Below, in pieces: positions 9,885 to 19,566 of a stretch of 64,000 nucleotides of DNA. Location: positions 1 to 64,000 of the forward strand of contig JBGPQV010000006.1 in assembly GCA_041489255.1 (NCBI GenBank), written 5' to 3'. Within the stretch, counting starts at the first letter, position 1; each line of letters opens with the position of its first letter. A program made the position numbers and the translations under genes. The stretch is from Thermoplasmata archaeon (lineage in GTDB: Archaea > Thermoplasmatota > Thermoplasmata > RBG-16-68-12 > JAFNFQ01). A model generated the notes under the pieces. It made no database searches, was not told where the DNA came from, and saw only the letters and a program-made list of their open reading frames with translations.

Positions 9885-12800
9885 ATGAGAGATAACTCCA
9901 GAGTTCCAATGCGAGAGCTATCGACAGTCGCGCTCACCCTCGCGCTCGTCGCCGTGTCAATGAGTCAGATCACGCCTCAGGCACATGCCGAGAGCGAGAT
10001 GCCGGAAGAAATGGCCGCAAACCCGGTCATCTCCTGGATGGTGGCGAACGTTTCATACCAGAGGATTTACAGCCTCCTCTACGATCTGCAGAACTTCTCG
10101 ACGAGGTATGTCCCGACGGTCAACTGCAACCTTTCAGCGAGCTACATCTACCGTGACTACTCGAACAGCTCGCAGCTCACGGTTCAGTCGCAGTACTTCC
10201 TGTACGGCGGTTACATGCTGCGCAACATCATCGCCGTATTGCCGACTTTCAATCCCGCCAACAAGACCGCGTACGTGATAGGAGGTCACTACGACAGCTG
10301 GTCGCAGAACAGCGACCCGATGATCTATGCTCCCGGCGTGGACGACGACGCGAGCGGCACGGTGGCGGCTATGGAGGTCGCGCGCGTGCTGGCGCCCTAC
10401 AGGTTCAACTCGACCCTGATATTCGCCGCCTGGACCGCAGAGGAGGTCGGACTGGTCGGCAGCGATGTCCACGCCGCAAGCCTGCAGAACGCCGGGCAGG
10501 ATGTCGGGGCGGCGATAGGCATGGACATGATCGGCAACTACGCGGGCACGATGGGGCTGGAGCTGGTCCATGACGGCGTATCTGAATGGATCGCCAACGC
10601 GATGATTCAAGCGAATACTGACTACGGAATCGGCCTGACTCTCACTAAATACTACAATCTCGCCCAGAACAGCGACCACGCCTCGTTCTGGAACCACGGC
10701 TACAATGCGGTAATGGCGGCAGAGGCGGACTTCAGCCCGAACTGGCACAGGAGCACAGACACGATCGACAATGTCAACATCGATTTGATAACCAGAGCGA
10801 CACAGCTCGGAGCCGCGGCGCTCGCGGAGATGGCGGGGCTCATACCGCCTGGCGTCGGCGCGGTCACCTTCGAGAGGAACGCCTACAAGCCTGGCGACTC
10901 CCCGCTGATCACCCTCTACGACTCCGATCTCAACGTGAACCCAGGCGCGGTGGACCCGGCCATGGTCACGGTTTACAGCGACACGGAGCCGGCGGGCGAA
11001 CCTATCACGCTCATGGAGACCGGAGCGAACACTAGCATATTCACCGGCTCGATCGAGCTGGTTGCTGGGACGCCGGTGGCGGGGAAGCTGGAAGTGAAAG
11101 ACGGGGACACGATTAGGGTCGAGTATATCGACGCGGACCCGCCGGCCACAAGGACCGCGACGGCGCGGATTGACGCGATCCTCCCGGTCATAAGTGGAGT
11201 CTATGCTGTGCCTGACATTGACTACGCAACAATACATTGGGAGACCAACGAGCTCGCGGACAGCACGGTCCTCTATGGCGTGACTCCCGCCCTCGGCAGC
11301 AGCAAGCATGTGGCGAGCCTCACCCTCGACCACTCCGTCCTCCTCACCGACCTAACGCCCGGGACCACCTATTATTACGATGTTCAATCGGCAGATGAGG
11401 CGGGGAACACCGCCATCGCCGACAATGGCGGGAACCACTACAGGTTCGTCACCCTGAACGGCTTCGTCGTCAGGACGGAGATGGGCTACGTCGGCTATGT
11501 GAAGGAAAACGAACCGTTGCTCAACTATTTCACCGGGCCGGAAATACTGTCAGGTCTCGGTCATCAAGGGACATACCGCGGGGCCGCACAGCTCAATACC
11601 GGCGCGACTCCGATACCGCCAGGCGCGACGATCTTGAAAGCTTCGTTCGAGGCGCTCGCGGAGGCGTGGGAGTACGAGGCGACAGGGACATGGAACCTCA
11701 GACTGCTGAACTCAAGCATTGATGCAGGCTGGACCACGAAAGGCTACACCGCCATAAACGGCGCCGCGGTCGACGCGACGATCCAGCCCACGCTCACATA
11801 CCCCGACCTCGTGCCCGGGGAGTGGGACGTATTCTCCTTCCAACCGAGCCAGTATGACATGCTGAGGGCGCGAGTGGACAGCGGCAGCATCTCTTTCCGC
11901 CTCGACGGTCCGCTTGCTTCCCCGCCGAATTACGTCCTCTTCAAATGGTACACGGGCAATGACAACTCGGTAATCGCGCCTCGTCTCAGGGTCGCGTACA
12001 GCATGACCGGCGACGCGGAAGGTCCTCTTGTGACTCAGCTGGCCGCGACGCCGAATCCCACGATGATCGCCACTTCGACGTCGGTGCAGGTGACAATCTC
12101 CGATGAGACGACCGGAGGCGGCAGGGTCTCCTACGCTGAGTACTTCTGGGGCGCTGACCCGGGCGTCGGCAAGGGCAGCGTGCTCGTGGCCGCTGATGGC
12201 GGCTACGACTCACCCACCGAGGACGCCACGCTGAACATCGACCTGACATCCATGCCCTGGGGCGTCTACACTCTCGGGTTCAGGGGCAGGGACCAATCCG
12301 ATAACTGGGGCCCAGTGAGGATTCTGACCCTGTATGTCGGCGTGTGGGACCTCTACCCACCAAACGTCGATCTGCTCACGTTCACCCCTCCCGCCGCGGA
12401 GAGCGGCTCGCCTGTCAACATAAGCGTCAGGGTCACGGACGATATCGCTGTCTACGGAGCGTGGTCAGACCTGAGGAACCCCTCTGGCGTCCCCCTCGGG
12501 AACCTGAGCATGGCATACGATTCCGTCCAGGGCAGGTACTACCTCAACGTGGCTTACGGCGGTCTCGGCACGTATCAGGTGACGATCTGGGCGAACGACA
12601 CGAGCAACAAGTGGAACACGACCTCCGGTTCGTTCGATGTTGTTGACACGACGCCGCCGGTGATCGTGCAGAAATCGGCAGTGCCATCGCCCCAGAACTA
12701 TGGCATGACCGTGACTTTCACCGCCTGGGTGACGGACAAGTTCCTGGACACGGTGAACGTGGCCTTCTGGGATCCTGCAGGAATCCCCGCCGGCAACTTC

Positions 12801-14291
12801 ACCGCGATCCGCAATGGACCGGCGGACGACAACTACAGTTACATGATGTCGTTCATGACGCTCGGCCAGTGGACCTATTGCTTCTTCGCGTTTGACACAT
12901 CGAATAACCCCGCAAGCGCCTGCGGCAACTTCGCGATCGTCGACGGCTACCCGCCAGCGTTCATGTCAGTCACCGCGACACCGCCAATCCAATCTTACGG
13001 GCAGACCGTGACGGTGACCGCCTGGGTGACGGACCCGTACATCGACTCGGTCTGGGCCAACGTGACGGGACCGGGGTCGGTCCTGATCGGCAACTTCTCG
13101 ATGACGCGGACAATCCTGTGGGAAGACAATTGGACCTACTCGCAGGTTTATTCCATCCTCGGCCCGTACGATGTCACGGTCTGGGCATACGACCTGTACG
13201 GGAACAAGGCGTCATCGCCTGGCGGCTTCCTCATCATCGATCGGACCTCACCAGTGTTCGATAGCGTTCAGGCAACGCCTGATCCGGCCGAGGTGTTCGA
13301 CTGGGTGAGAATCTCGGCCATGGTGAGCGACATCCAGCCTGTTACTGTGCAAGCTGAAATCAGGAATCCTGACGGGACTCTGCACGGCAACTACTCCATG
13401 ACGTTCAACTCGACATCGGGAGCGTTCGAGTACGATGTCCGGGGCATCGCTCTCGGGACCTACAATTACTCTCTCTGGGCAACGGATTTGAGCAATAACC
13501 CTGCTCTATGGGCGGACAACTTCCTTGTCAGAGACACGACACGTCCTGTCATCCAGCTGATTTCGATAGAAGGGACTTTAGCCGAAGCATACAATGAAAC
13601 AACCGTGACCATCCGCGTCACAGACAACCTCGCTGTCAGCGCCGCCCTCGACGCGGTGAGCGTTGCATGGACACCATCGAGCTGGGGCTCGCTGACGATC
13701 ACGCAACTTCCCGCGGGAGTCTACGAGTTCAAGGGACGGCTGTCCGTCCCGGGCCTGAACCACTACACAATCTCCGCGGAGGACACGAGCGATAACGCCG
13801 CGTCCCTCACCGGGGATTGGAATGTGGCGGTCGGACAGCCACCGGTCGCCGTGGCGGGCATCGACCAGAATATCACGACCGGCACGCGGCTCGACTTCGA
13901 CGGATCAGCGTCGCATGACGACTTCGGAATAGTCCGCTACACATGGCGGATAGTCGGACCCGGCGTCGATGAGACGATTGAGGGCATGCTGGCGAATTAC
14001 ACCTTCACAACAATCGGCGTGTACACGGTCACCCTGACTGTGTTCGACGCGGTGGACCGCAACACCTCCGCATCTTTCACTGTCAGAGTCTCAGAGAAGC
14101 CAATCCAGAACGCGCTCGATCTGACGATCATTCTGGCCGTAGCGCTCGTCGCAATCATCCTCATAATCGCCGTTCTGCTGCTTCTATTGAGGCGCAGGAA
14201 GAAAGAGGACGAATCGGAACAGGAAGAGGGTCAGGAAGAAGAAACAGGCAAGACCAGCGAGAAGAAGGAGAAGGATGAGAAAGCGGACTAG
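9885..14291 (+). CDS. Membrane-anchored M28-family aminopeptidase with FN3/Ig/PKD domains
   Basis: GGHYDS, PGVDDDASG, AEEVGLVGS, NSDHASF and WH.STDT M28 motifs; C-terminal PKD and TM. Confidence 0.9.
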   Translation: MRDNSRVPMRELSTVALTLALVAVSMSQITPQAHAESEMPEEMAANPVISWMVANVSYQRIYSLLYDLQNFSTRYVPTVNCNLSASYIYRDYSNSSQLTVQSQYFLYGGYMLRNIIAVLPTFNPANKTAYVIGGHYDSWSQNSDPMIYAPGVDDDASGTVAAMEVARVLAPYRFNSTLIFAAWTAEEVGLVGSDVHAASLQNAGQDVGAAIGMDMIGNYAGTMGLELVHDGVSEWIANAMIQANTDYGIGLTLTKYYNLAQNSDHASFWNHGYNAVMAAEADFSPNWHRSTDTIDNVNIDLITRATQLGAAALAEMAGLIPPGVGAVTFERNAYKPGDSPLITLYDSDLNVNPGAVDPAMVTVYSDTEPAGEPITLMETGANTSIFTGSIELVAGTPVAGKLEVKDGDTIRVEYIDADPPATRTATARIDAILPVISGVYAVPDIDYATIHWETNELADSTVLYGVTPALGSSKHVASLTLDHSVLLTDLTPGTTYYYDVQSADEAGNTAIADNGGNHYRFVTLNGFVVRTEMGYVGYVKENEPLLNYFTGPEILSGLGHQGTYRGAAQLNTGATPIPPGATILKASFEALAEAWEYEATGTWNLRLLNSSIDAGWTTKGYTAINGAAVDATIQPTLTYPDLVPGEWDVFSFQPSQYDMLRARVDSGSISFRLDGPLASPPNYVLFKWYTGNDNSVIAPRLRVAYSMTGDAEGPLVTQLAATPNPTMIATSTSVQVTISDETTGGGRVSYAEYFWGADPGVGKGSVLVAADGGYDSPTEDATLNIDLTSMPWGVYTLGFRGRDQSDNWGPVRILTLYVGVWDLYPPNVDLLTFTPPAAESGSPVNISVRVTDDIAVYGAWSDLRNPSGVPLGNLSMAYDSVQGRYYLNVAYGGLGTYQVTIWANDTSNKWNTTSGSFDVVDTTPPVIVQKSAVPSPQNYGMTVTFTAWVTDKFLDTVNVAFWDPAGIPAGNFTAIRNGPADDNYSYMMSFMTLGQWTYCFFAFDTSNNPASACGNFAIVDGYPPAFMSVTATPPIQSYGQTVTVTAWVTDPYIDSVWANVTGPGSVLIGNFSMTRTILWEDNWTYSQVYSILGPYDVTVWAYDLYGNKASSPGGFLIIDRTSPVFDSVQATPDPAEVFDWVRISAMVSDIQPVTVQAEIRNPDGTLHGNYSMTFNSTSGAFEYDVRGIALGTYNYSLWATDLSNNPALWADNFLVRDTTRPVIQLISIEGTLAEAYNETTVTIRVTDNLAVSAALDAVSVAWTPSSWGSLTITQLPAGVYEFKGRLSVPGLNHYTISAEDTSDNAASLTGDWNVAVGQPPVAVAGIDQNITTGTRLDFDGSASHDDFGIVRYTWRIVGPGVDETIEGMLANYTFTTIGVYTVTLTVFDAVDRNTSASFTVRVSEKPIQNALDLTIILAVALVAIILIIAVLLLLLRRRKKEDESEQEEGQEEETGKTSEKKEKDEKAD

Positions 14292-14758
14292 AACATGCTC
14301 TCGACGCGGACCGCCTCGGCCTCGAGTCTCTTCGCTTCGATGAGATGCTTGTCCCTTTCTTTCCTGAGTCCTTCGCTCTCCGCCAGGACGCTCCTCGCGC
14401 TCTCCTCCGCCTCGCCAGACTTCTTCTCATGAGCGGAGGCCTCGGCTGAGAGCTTCATGGCCTTCTCCCTAGCTCTCACTATCTCCGCGGCGAGGGTCTG
14501 TTGGAGGCTCTTGTCCTTGGCGACGGCGGCCTCCTGCTCCTTCATCTTGTCGTAGAAGCGCTGGCCCCTTGCGGTGGCCAGTTCCGACTGCTCCTGGTGC
14601 TTCAGACTGGAGAGCATGAGGTTTGCAGCCGTCGTCTCGAGGTGCGTGACCTTGCAGTAGAGCTTCGCCGCCAAGAGCGACTCTTCCGCGGATTGTACCC
14701 GGAGATTGAGCGCGCGGAGCTTCGGGTCGCCTGCGGGGGGCTGCGATTCCACGGGCAC
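14288..14758 (-). CDS. Hypothetical coiled-coil protein
   Basis: 156 aa, helical and E/K/A-rich; convergent, with its stop overlapping that of the M28 gene. Confidence 0.7.
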   Translation of the reverse strand: MPVESQPPAGDPKLRALNLRVQSAEESLLAAKLYCKVTHLETTAANLMLSSLKHQEQSELATARGQRFYDKMKEQEAAVAKDKSLQQTLAAEIVRAREKAMKLSAEASAHEKKSGEAEESARSVLAESEGLRKERDKHLIEAKRLEAEAVRVESMF

Positions 14759-14771
14759 CCCAATGAGATTC

Positions 14772-14787
14772 TTTGAAAAGAACTTTT
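14772..14787. repeat. 16-bp direct repeat TTTGAAAAGAACTTTT, copy 1
   Basis: Identical to 16530-16545. Confidence 0.75.
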
Positions 14788-14950
14788 GCCCCCCTTGTCA
14801 GGCTCTGAAAAGGTCATTCACGGAAAACCTCGGGTCCACCTTGCGAGGCGAGGCTCCCCTGAAGGCCTCCGTGCCAAAGAACCTGACTCTCATCCTTTCT
14901 CGCGACCTCTGCCCTTTGGTGCACTCATCTGATTGAACCTAGAGAAAGGT

Positions 14951-14992
14951 AAGGGTGCTCCCGCCCTTTCGAGCGGGGCCTGGTCGGACAAG
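14951..14992. repeat. ~42-bp hairpin repeat, copy A
   Basis: AAGGGTGCTCCCGCCCTTTCGAGCGGGGCCTGGTCGGACAAG; related to the copies at 15637 and 16432. Confidence 0.7.
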
Positions 14993-15012
14993 TGCACGGA
15001 TGACCGTGCGAT

Positions 15013-15540
15013 CTAGGCCGCTTCTTGGTCATGTTCTGGAGAGAACACCACCCCGTTAAGACAGGCGTAATTGCTGTCCTTGGTCGGGTAGTCTCTGCAC
15101 ATCCGGGGTCGTATGTTGTGGAACTTGCATTGCGAACTCATAGGGTCATACCAAGCGCAATGTGAGACGACAAAGTCATCTATGAGTCTCTTGCATCTCG
15201 GGCATCTGTATGCATCCTCGTCTTCTAGATAATCATCCCGCGTCGCCCAACAACCACACTCACACTGGAACCTCTCATGTTCGATCTCGCCCAGGATGAG
15301 TTCGACCCCTGGTATGTCAGATCCTGCATAGGCGATAGGCATCGGAAAGTCAATGCCGCGCAGGATCTCCAGTATTTCACCAAGAGTCTCGCCATGGTCA
15401 TTGGAGCTGGTGCCCAGCGCCTCTAGTTTCCCAGCAAGTTGGCTGACATGCATCAAGACCAGCATGCAGTCATCGGCCTCTAAGGATATGCCACCGCTGA
15501 ACTCAATGCAGCATTTCCCGCATTTGAGGCATTCGTCCAT
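15013..15540 (-). CDS. YkgJ-family cysteine-cluster (CxxCxxCC) protein with an inserted Zn ribbon
   Basis: CLKCGKCC ... CAWYD...C.FHNIRPRMCRDYP, plus CECG and CPRC. Confidence 0.8.
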   Translation of the reverse strand: MDECLKCGKCCIEFSGGISLEADDCMLVLMHVSQLAGKLEALGTSSNDHGETLGEILEILRGIDFPMPIAYAGSDIPGVELILGEIEHERFQCECGCWATRDDYLEDEDAYRCPRCKRLIDDFVVSHCAWYDPMSSQCKFHNIRPRMCRDYPTKDSNYACLNGVVFSPEHDQEAA

Positions 15541-15636
15541 CAGGTATCACATGCAAGGATAGGGTCAAGGTTTGTATTACAGTTTCCGCCCGCGATATTC
15601 TACAATCTTTGAGCTGACTCGAATATTGAAAGAGGG

Positions 15637-15678
15637 AAAGGTGCCCCGCCAGCGAGAGCGGGGCTTGGGGGGACAAGC
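15637..15678. repeat. ~42-bp hairpin repeat, copy B
   Basis: AAAGGTGCCCCGCCAGCGAGAGCGGGGCTTGGGGGGACAAG. Confidence 0.7.
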
Positions 15679-15798
15679 GATAATCTGCACATAAGCTGCA
15701 CAGAAGGGGGCTTACGGCGGTCACCTGGCCCCCCTCAGGCGTGATTCCCCGAATCGGAGGACCGCTCGCATGGCAGGCGCCGGTCGGGGACTGGTGGG

Positions 15799-16212
15799 TT
15801 AAAGTGCCAGTCGTCTATGGGGGCCCGATGAAAGAAACTCGTAAAGGAACTCGTCGGGAGGCTCGGAAGGCGCGACAGGAAAAGGCGCGGTTGACACGGG
15901 AGCGGAAAGCACGGAAGTAGATCGGGCAGCGCCCTGGGGCTTGGCCTCGGGCCGCTGCAGTCCCTCCTTCTGCTCAAGGGAAGTCCATACGTCGTCGCGG
16001 TAGGTCGAGTAGCCTTGGTCGGTCATGAACCAGTCGAACTCCTCCTGGGTGATCCTCTTGCCCAGCTCGGAGGCCATGAGATCTCTCACGATGTAATAGG
16101 AATCCCGCTGGAATTTGTCCTTGAGCAGTTCGTAGTTGGCGCGGATGATTTCCCTCACGACTTTCCAGAGGTTCGTCTTGGCCTTGGTTACAATTCGCTT
16201 CTGTTCTCTCAT
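15799..16212 (-). CDS. Hypothetical protein
   Basis: 137 aa, GGAG upstream, ATGA-type overlap with 16209..16406. Confidence 0.65.
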   Translation of the reverse strand: MREQKRIVTKAKTNLWKVVREIIRANYELLKDKFQRDSYYIVRDLMASELGKRITQEEFDWFMTDQGYSTYRDDVWTSLEQKEGLQRPEAKPQGAARSTSVLSAPVSTAPFPVAPSEPPDEFLYEFLSSGPHRRLAL

Positions 16213-16406
16213 GTCCGTTCACTCCTGAAATAAGGACTGGAATCACACTCAGCACGTCGGCACGGCCCGCACTGGCCCGATTCCTTCGATTGGCTACTCT
16301 TGAGTATCCGGGTGCCGCACGTCCTGCACACTTGCGACGGATCCTGAACCTCGGCGGGCAACCCCTGACCGTTCCGGCGTCCGAAGGGAGAGACGCAACC
16401 GTTCAT
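16209..16406 (-). CDS. Small Zn-finger protein
   Basis: CRTC...CGPC; AAGGAG upstream of the ATG. Confidence 0.5.
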   Translation of the reverse strand: MNGCVSPFGRRNGQGLPAEVQDPSQVCRTCGTRILKSSQSKESGQCGPCRRAECDSSPYFRSERT

Positions 16407-16431
16407 GCGGAGACTCCTTGTTTGAATAATA

Positions 16432-16474
16432 AAGGGTGCCCCCGCCCGCCAGGGCGGAGGCTTGAGGGGAACAG
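16432..16474. repeat. ~42-bp hairpin repeat, copy C
   Basis: AAGGGTGCCCCCGCCCGCCAGGGCGGAGGCTTGAGGGGAACAG. Confidence 0.65.
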
Positions 16475-16529
16475 TTGGAGGAAGTGCGAATCCTATGGAG
16501 CGGTCAGTATTTTCGGAGCCTTATAAGGA

Positions 16530-16545
16530 TTTGAAAAGAACTTTT
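16530..16545. repeat. 16-bp direct repeat TTTGAAAAGAACTTTT, copy 2
   Basis: Identical to 14772-14787. Confidence 0.75.
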
Positions 16546-16665
16546 CGTGGATGGGTCGCATGCAGACTCGTATGGATTGTAAGGGAGAGACGGTCCGACA
16601 GCCTCGCCAAGTCATAAATACCGATTCCGGTTTGCCACGCCCGGCTTTCGGGCAGGTTGAGAACC

Positions 16666-18786
16666 ATGGACGAGCTTTCTTATGTGATTCCCATAGCTGG
16701 ATTCGCTGCGATCGCCTTCGCCGGCTACTTCGCCTGGAGACTGCTGAAGCAGCCGACGGGCACAGAAAAGATGCAGGAGATCGGTGACGCGATTCGCCAG
16801 GGAGCGCGGGCGTTCATGAAGCGCCAGTACTCCACCATCGCAATCATCGCCGTGATCCTGGCGATTGTGCTCGCCGTGTCGATAGGCATCAGCAATCCGA
16901 GGCTCGGGGCGATGACGGGGCTTGCCTTCGGTCTGGGAGCGGCCTTCTCGGCGATATCGGGCTACATCGGGATGCATATCTCAATCAGGGCGAACCAGAG
17001 GTGCGCCGCCGCCGCGACGAAGAGCTATAATGACGCGCTCAAGACGGCGTTCAGGGGCGGGGCCGTGTCGGGTCTTGCGATAGTCGCATTGAGTCTGCTC
17101 GGCGTCTCCCTCCTATACTACTTGTACGGCTGGGGCGCCCCGGCGACGAAGGCCGACCAGACGACCGTCGTCCTGTCGATGGTCGGCTTCGGGTTTGGGG
17201 CGAGCCTCTCGGCCCTATTCGCTCAGCTCGGCGGCGGGATCTACACGAAAGCCGCGGACGTCGGCGCGGACCTCGTGGGGAAGGTCGAAAAGGGTATCCC
17301 GGAGGACGACCCGCGGAATCCCGCGGTAATCGCAGACCTCGTCGGGGACAACGTCGGGGACTGCGCGGGCCGCGGCGCGGACCTGTTCGAGTCAACCGCC
17401 GCGGAGAACATCGGAGCAATGATCCTGGGCGCCGCGCTGTTCCCGTACTTCGGCCTCGCCGGCATCCTGTTCCCGCTCGTCGCCCGCGCGTTCGGACTGA
17501 TCGCATCCATTGTCGGCGTCTTCGTCGTGAACACGAAAGAGGAAGAAGCGCCGATGAGTGCCCTGAACCGTGGGTACGGGGTCACGACTGTTCTGGCGGC
17601 GATCTTCTTCGGCGTCGCGGCGTTCATCATGCTGCAGCCCTCGAATCCGGGAGGGTCGCTGCCAGCCGCATCGAGCTGGACGTGGGCATACTACTTCGGG
17701 TGCGGGCTCGTAGGAATCATAACCGCCCTCCTATTCATCTACATCACCCAGTACTACACGGAGTCCCGCTTCCGTCCGGTGCAGGAGATCGTCAAGGCGG
17801 CGGAGACCGGACCTGGCACGGTCGTGATAGCCGGGTTCTCCGTCGGGCTCGAAGCGACCGCCCTCCCAGCCATCGCAATCATGGGCGCCATCCTGTCCTC
17901 ATTCTTCTTAGGACAGGCAAGCGGCGTCGAGAACGGTGGGCTGTACGGCACCGCGATCGCAACGATGGGGATGCTGTCGACCTGTGCTTACATCCTCGCC
18001 ATGGACACATTCGGCCCGATTGCGGACAACGCGGCGGGGATCGTGGAGATGGCGGGAGTCTCCGAGAACGTCCGGAAACAGATGGACAAGCTCGACGCCG
18101 CTGGCAACACGACGAAGGCCCTCACTAAGGGCTACGCGGTCGGCAGCGCGGCCCTCGCCGCTTTCCTTCTATTCTCCGCCTACTTGGAAGCGGTTGGGAT
18201 CGTCAAGGTCGACCTCTCGAAGCCCGAGGTCTTCGTCGGCGGGATTGCGGGGGCGGCCCTCGTGTTCCTCTTTTCTGCGTTCGCGATCCGTGCCGTCGGG
18301 CGGTCTGCCTGGTCAATCATCAAAGACGTGCGAGCCCAGTTCAAGGAGAAGCCGGGGATAATGGCGGGGACGGAGAAACCGGACTACGGCCGCTCCGTCG
18401 ATATCGTGACGAAGTCCGCCTTGAGGGAGATGGTCGTGCCCGGGCTTCTTGCCGTCCTCACCCCCGTTGCGGTCGGGTTTGTGTTCAAGTACGTCAAGAT
18501 TTCGGCGGGCGTGGGACCAGGGGAAGCGCTGGGCGCGACGTTAATGGTCGGGACGATCGCGGGTGTCATCATGGCCCTCGTATTCAACACGGGCGGCGGC
18601 GCGTGGGACAACGCGAAGAAGTACATCGAGTCCCTACCGGCGGGGAAAGGGACGGACCAGCACAAGGCCGCGGTCGTGGGCGACACGGTCGGCGATCCGT
18701 TCAAGGACACCGCGGGGCCGTCACTGCACATACTCGTCAAGCTGCTGAGCACGATCACGCTGGTGCTGGCGCCGCTCCTCATTTGA
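16666..18786 (+). CDS. hppA: Membrane-bound pyrophosphatase, K+-independent H+-translocating type
   Basis: GGIYTKAADVGADLVGKVE, DNVGD and GDTVGDPFKD motifs; GNTTK (Lys) is the K+-independent signature. Confidence 0.96.
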   Translation: MDELSYVIPIAGFAAIAFAGYFAWRLLKQPTGTEKMQEIGDAIRQGARAFMKRQYSTIAIIAVILAIVLAVSIGISNPRLGAMTGLAFGLGAAFSAISGYIGMHISIRANQRCAAAATKSYNDALKTAFRGGAVSGLAIVALSLLGVSLLYYLYGWGAPATKADQTTVVLSMVGFGFGASLSALFAQLGGGIYTKAADVGADLVGKVEKGIPEDDPRNPAVIADLVGDNVGDCAGRGADLFESTAAENIGAMILGAALFPYFGLAGILFPLVARAFGLIASIVGVFVVNTKEEEAPMSALNRGYGVTTVLAAIFFGVAAFIMLQPSNPGGSLPAASSWTWAYYFGCGLVGIITALLFIYITQYYTESRFRPVQEIVKAAETGPGTVVIAGFSVGLEATALPAIAIMGAILSSFFLGQASGVENGGLYGTAIATMGMLSTCAYILAMDTFGPIADNAAGIVEMAGVSENVRKQMDKLDAAGNTTKALTKGYAVGSAALAAFLLFSAYLEAVGIVKVDLSKPEVFVGGIAGAALVFLFSAFAIRAVGRSAWSIIKDVRAQFKEKPGIMAGTEKPDYGRSVDIVTKSALREMVVPGLLAVLTPVAVGFVFKYVKISAGVGPGEALGATLMVGTIAGVIMALVFNTGGGAWDNAKKYIESLPAGKGTDQHKAAVVGDTVGDPFKDTAGPSLHILVKLLSTITLVLAPLLI

Positions 18787-18939
18787 GCTGCTGAGGTTTC
18801 GCTGACAGGCTGCACGGCGAGTGCTTCTACCAGGGCAGGTGCCCGATCAGAGAGGGCATGCAGACGGCATTGAAGGAAGTGGAGCACAACATCCGCGAGA
18901 CAAGAAAGGGATTCTAAGCCCGCCACGACAGGCGCTCGA

Positions 18940-19179
18940 TTAGATGTCCGGATCGATCATCGAACCTTTCTTCGTGTACAGCTCGTCGACCTTCTGATAT
19001 TCTTTGAGGCAGTCCGGGGTGCAGAAGGCATGTAAGGATGATTTCGAGACGAGCAGGACCCTCGGATCATTCTCCCCGATCTGGGTACCGCAGGAGTCGC
19101 ACAACGTCGTGCCTTTGGCGGGTATGCTCGCCTCCTCGTTGACGCAGAGCGGGCAGGAGAACTTGTGGGCGGGCATCAC
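18940..19179 (-). CDS. Small Zn-binding protein (TRASH/zf-FCS-like)
   Basis: CPLC, CDSC, FCTPDC. Confidence 0.65.
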   Translation of the reverse strand: MMPAHKFSCPLCVNEEASIPAKGTTLCDSCGTQIGENDPRVLLVSKSSLHAFCTPDCLKEYQKVDELYTKKGSMIDPDI

Positions 19180-19403
19180 TCGTCCTCCTCGAAGTCCTCA
19201 TTCTCCATGTACTCGAAGAGGAGGTCCATGCAGTTCGTCGAACAGAAGCCGAACCTCTCCCCTTCCTCGTCTATGAGAAGGATGTACTCATCGCTTATCG
19301 GCTTGTGGCAGTAGTAGCATTCGGATACGCGCTGCCTCGGCCGCTCCTTCCCGCAATAGGGGCACCTTGAACCGCGCGGAACCGGCTTACCTGCACCAGA
19401 CAA
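19176..19403 (-). CDS. Small Zn-binding protein (TRASH-like)
   Basis: CPYC, CYYC, FCSTNC; coupled to the downstream ORF. Start uncertain. Confidence 0.65.
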   Translation of the reverse strand: MSGAGKPVPRGSRCPYCGKERPRQRVSECYYCHKPISDEYILLIDEEGERFGFCSTNCMDLLFEYMENEDFEEDE

Positions 19404-19566
19404 TCGTTCACCAGATGTCTGGCTGAATCCGCGCGTGTATGAAAAAGGTTGCCTTCACGGAGTGTCCAACCATGGCGGTCCTCGGCTGGCATCCCCTGTT
19501 CTCGAGGCACCGCCGGCAATGCAAAAGGCCAAATAAAATCCGAAAACTCAAAACTGATATACTCCA

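Noticed and set aside
16638-16665. TTTCGGG upstream of hppA as another array motif
   Set aside because: It continues CAGG rather than TGGTG and is part of a local GCCCG/CGGGC hairpin; probably chance.
18787-19566. tRNA or att site next to the integrase
   Set aside because: No cloverleaf or T-loop motif, and no matching repeat found by eye.
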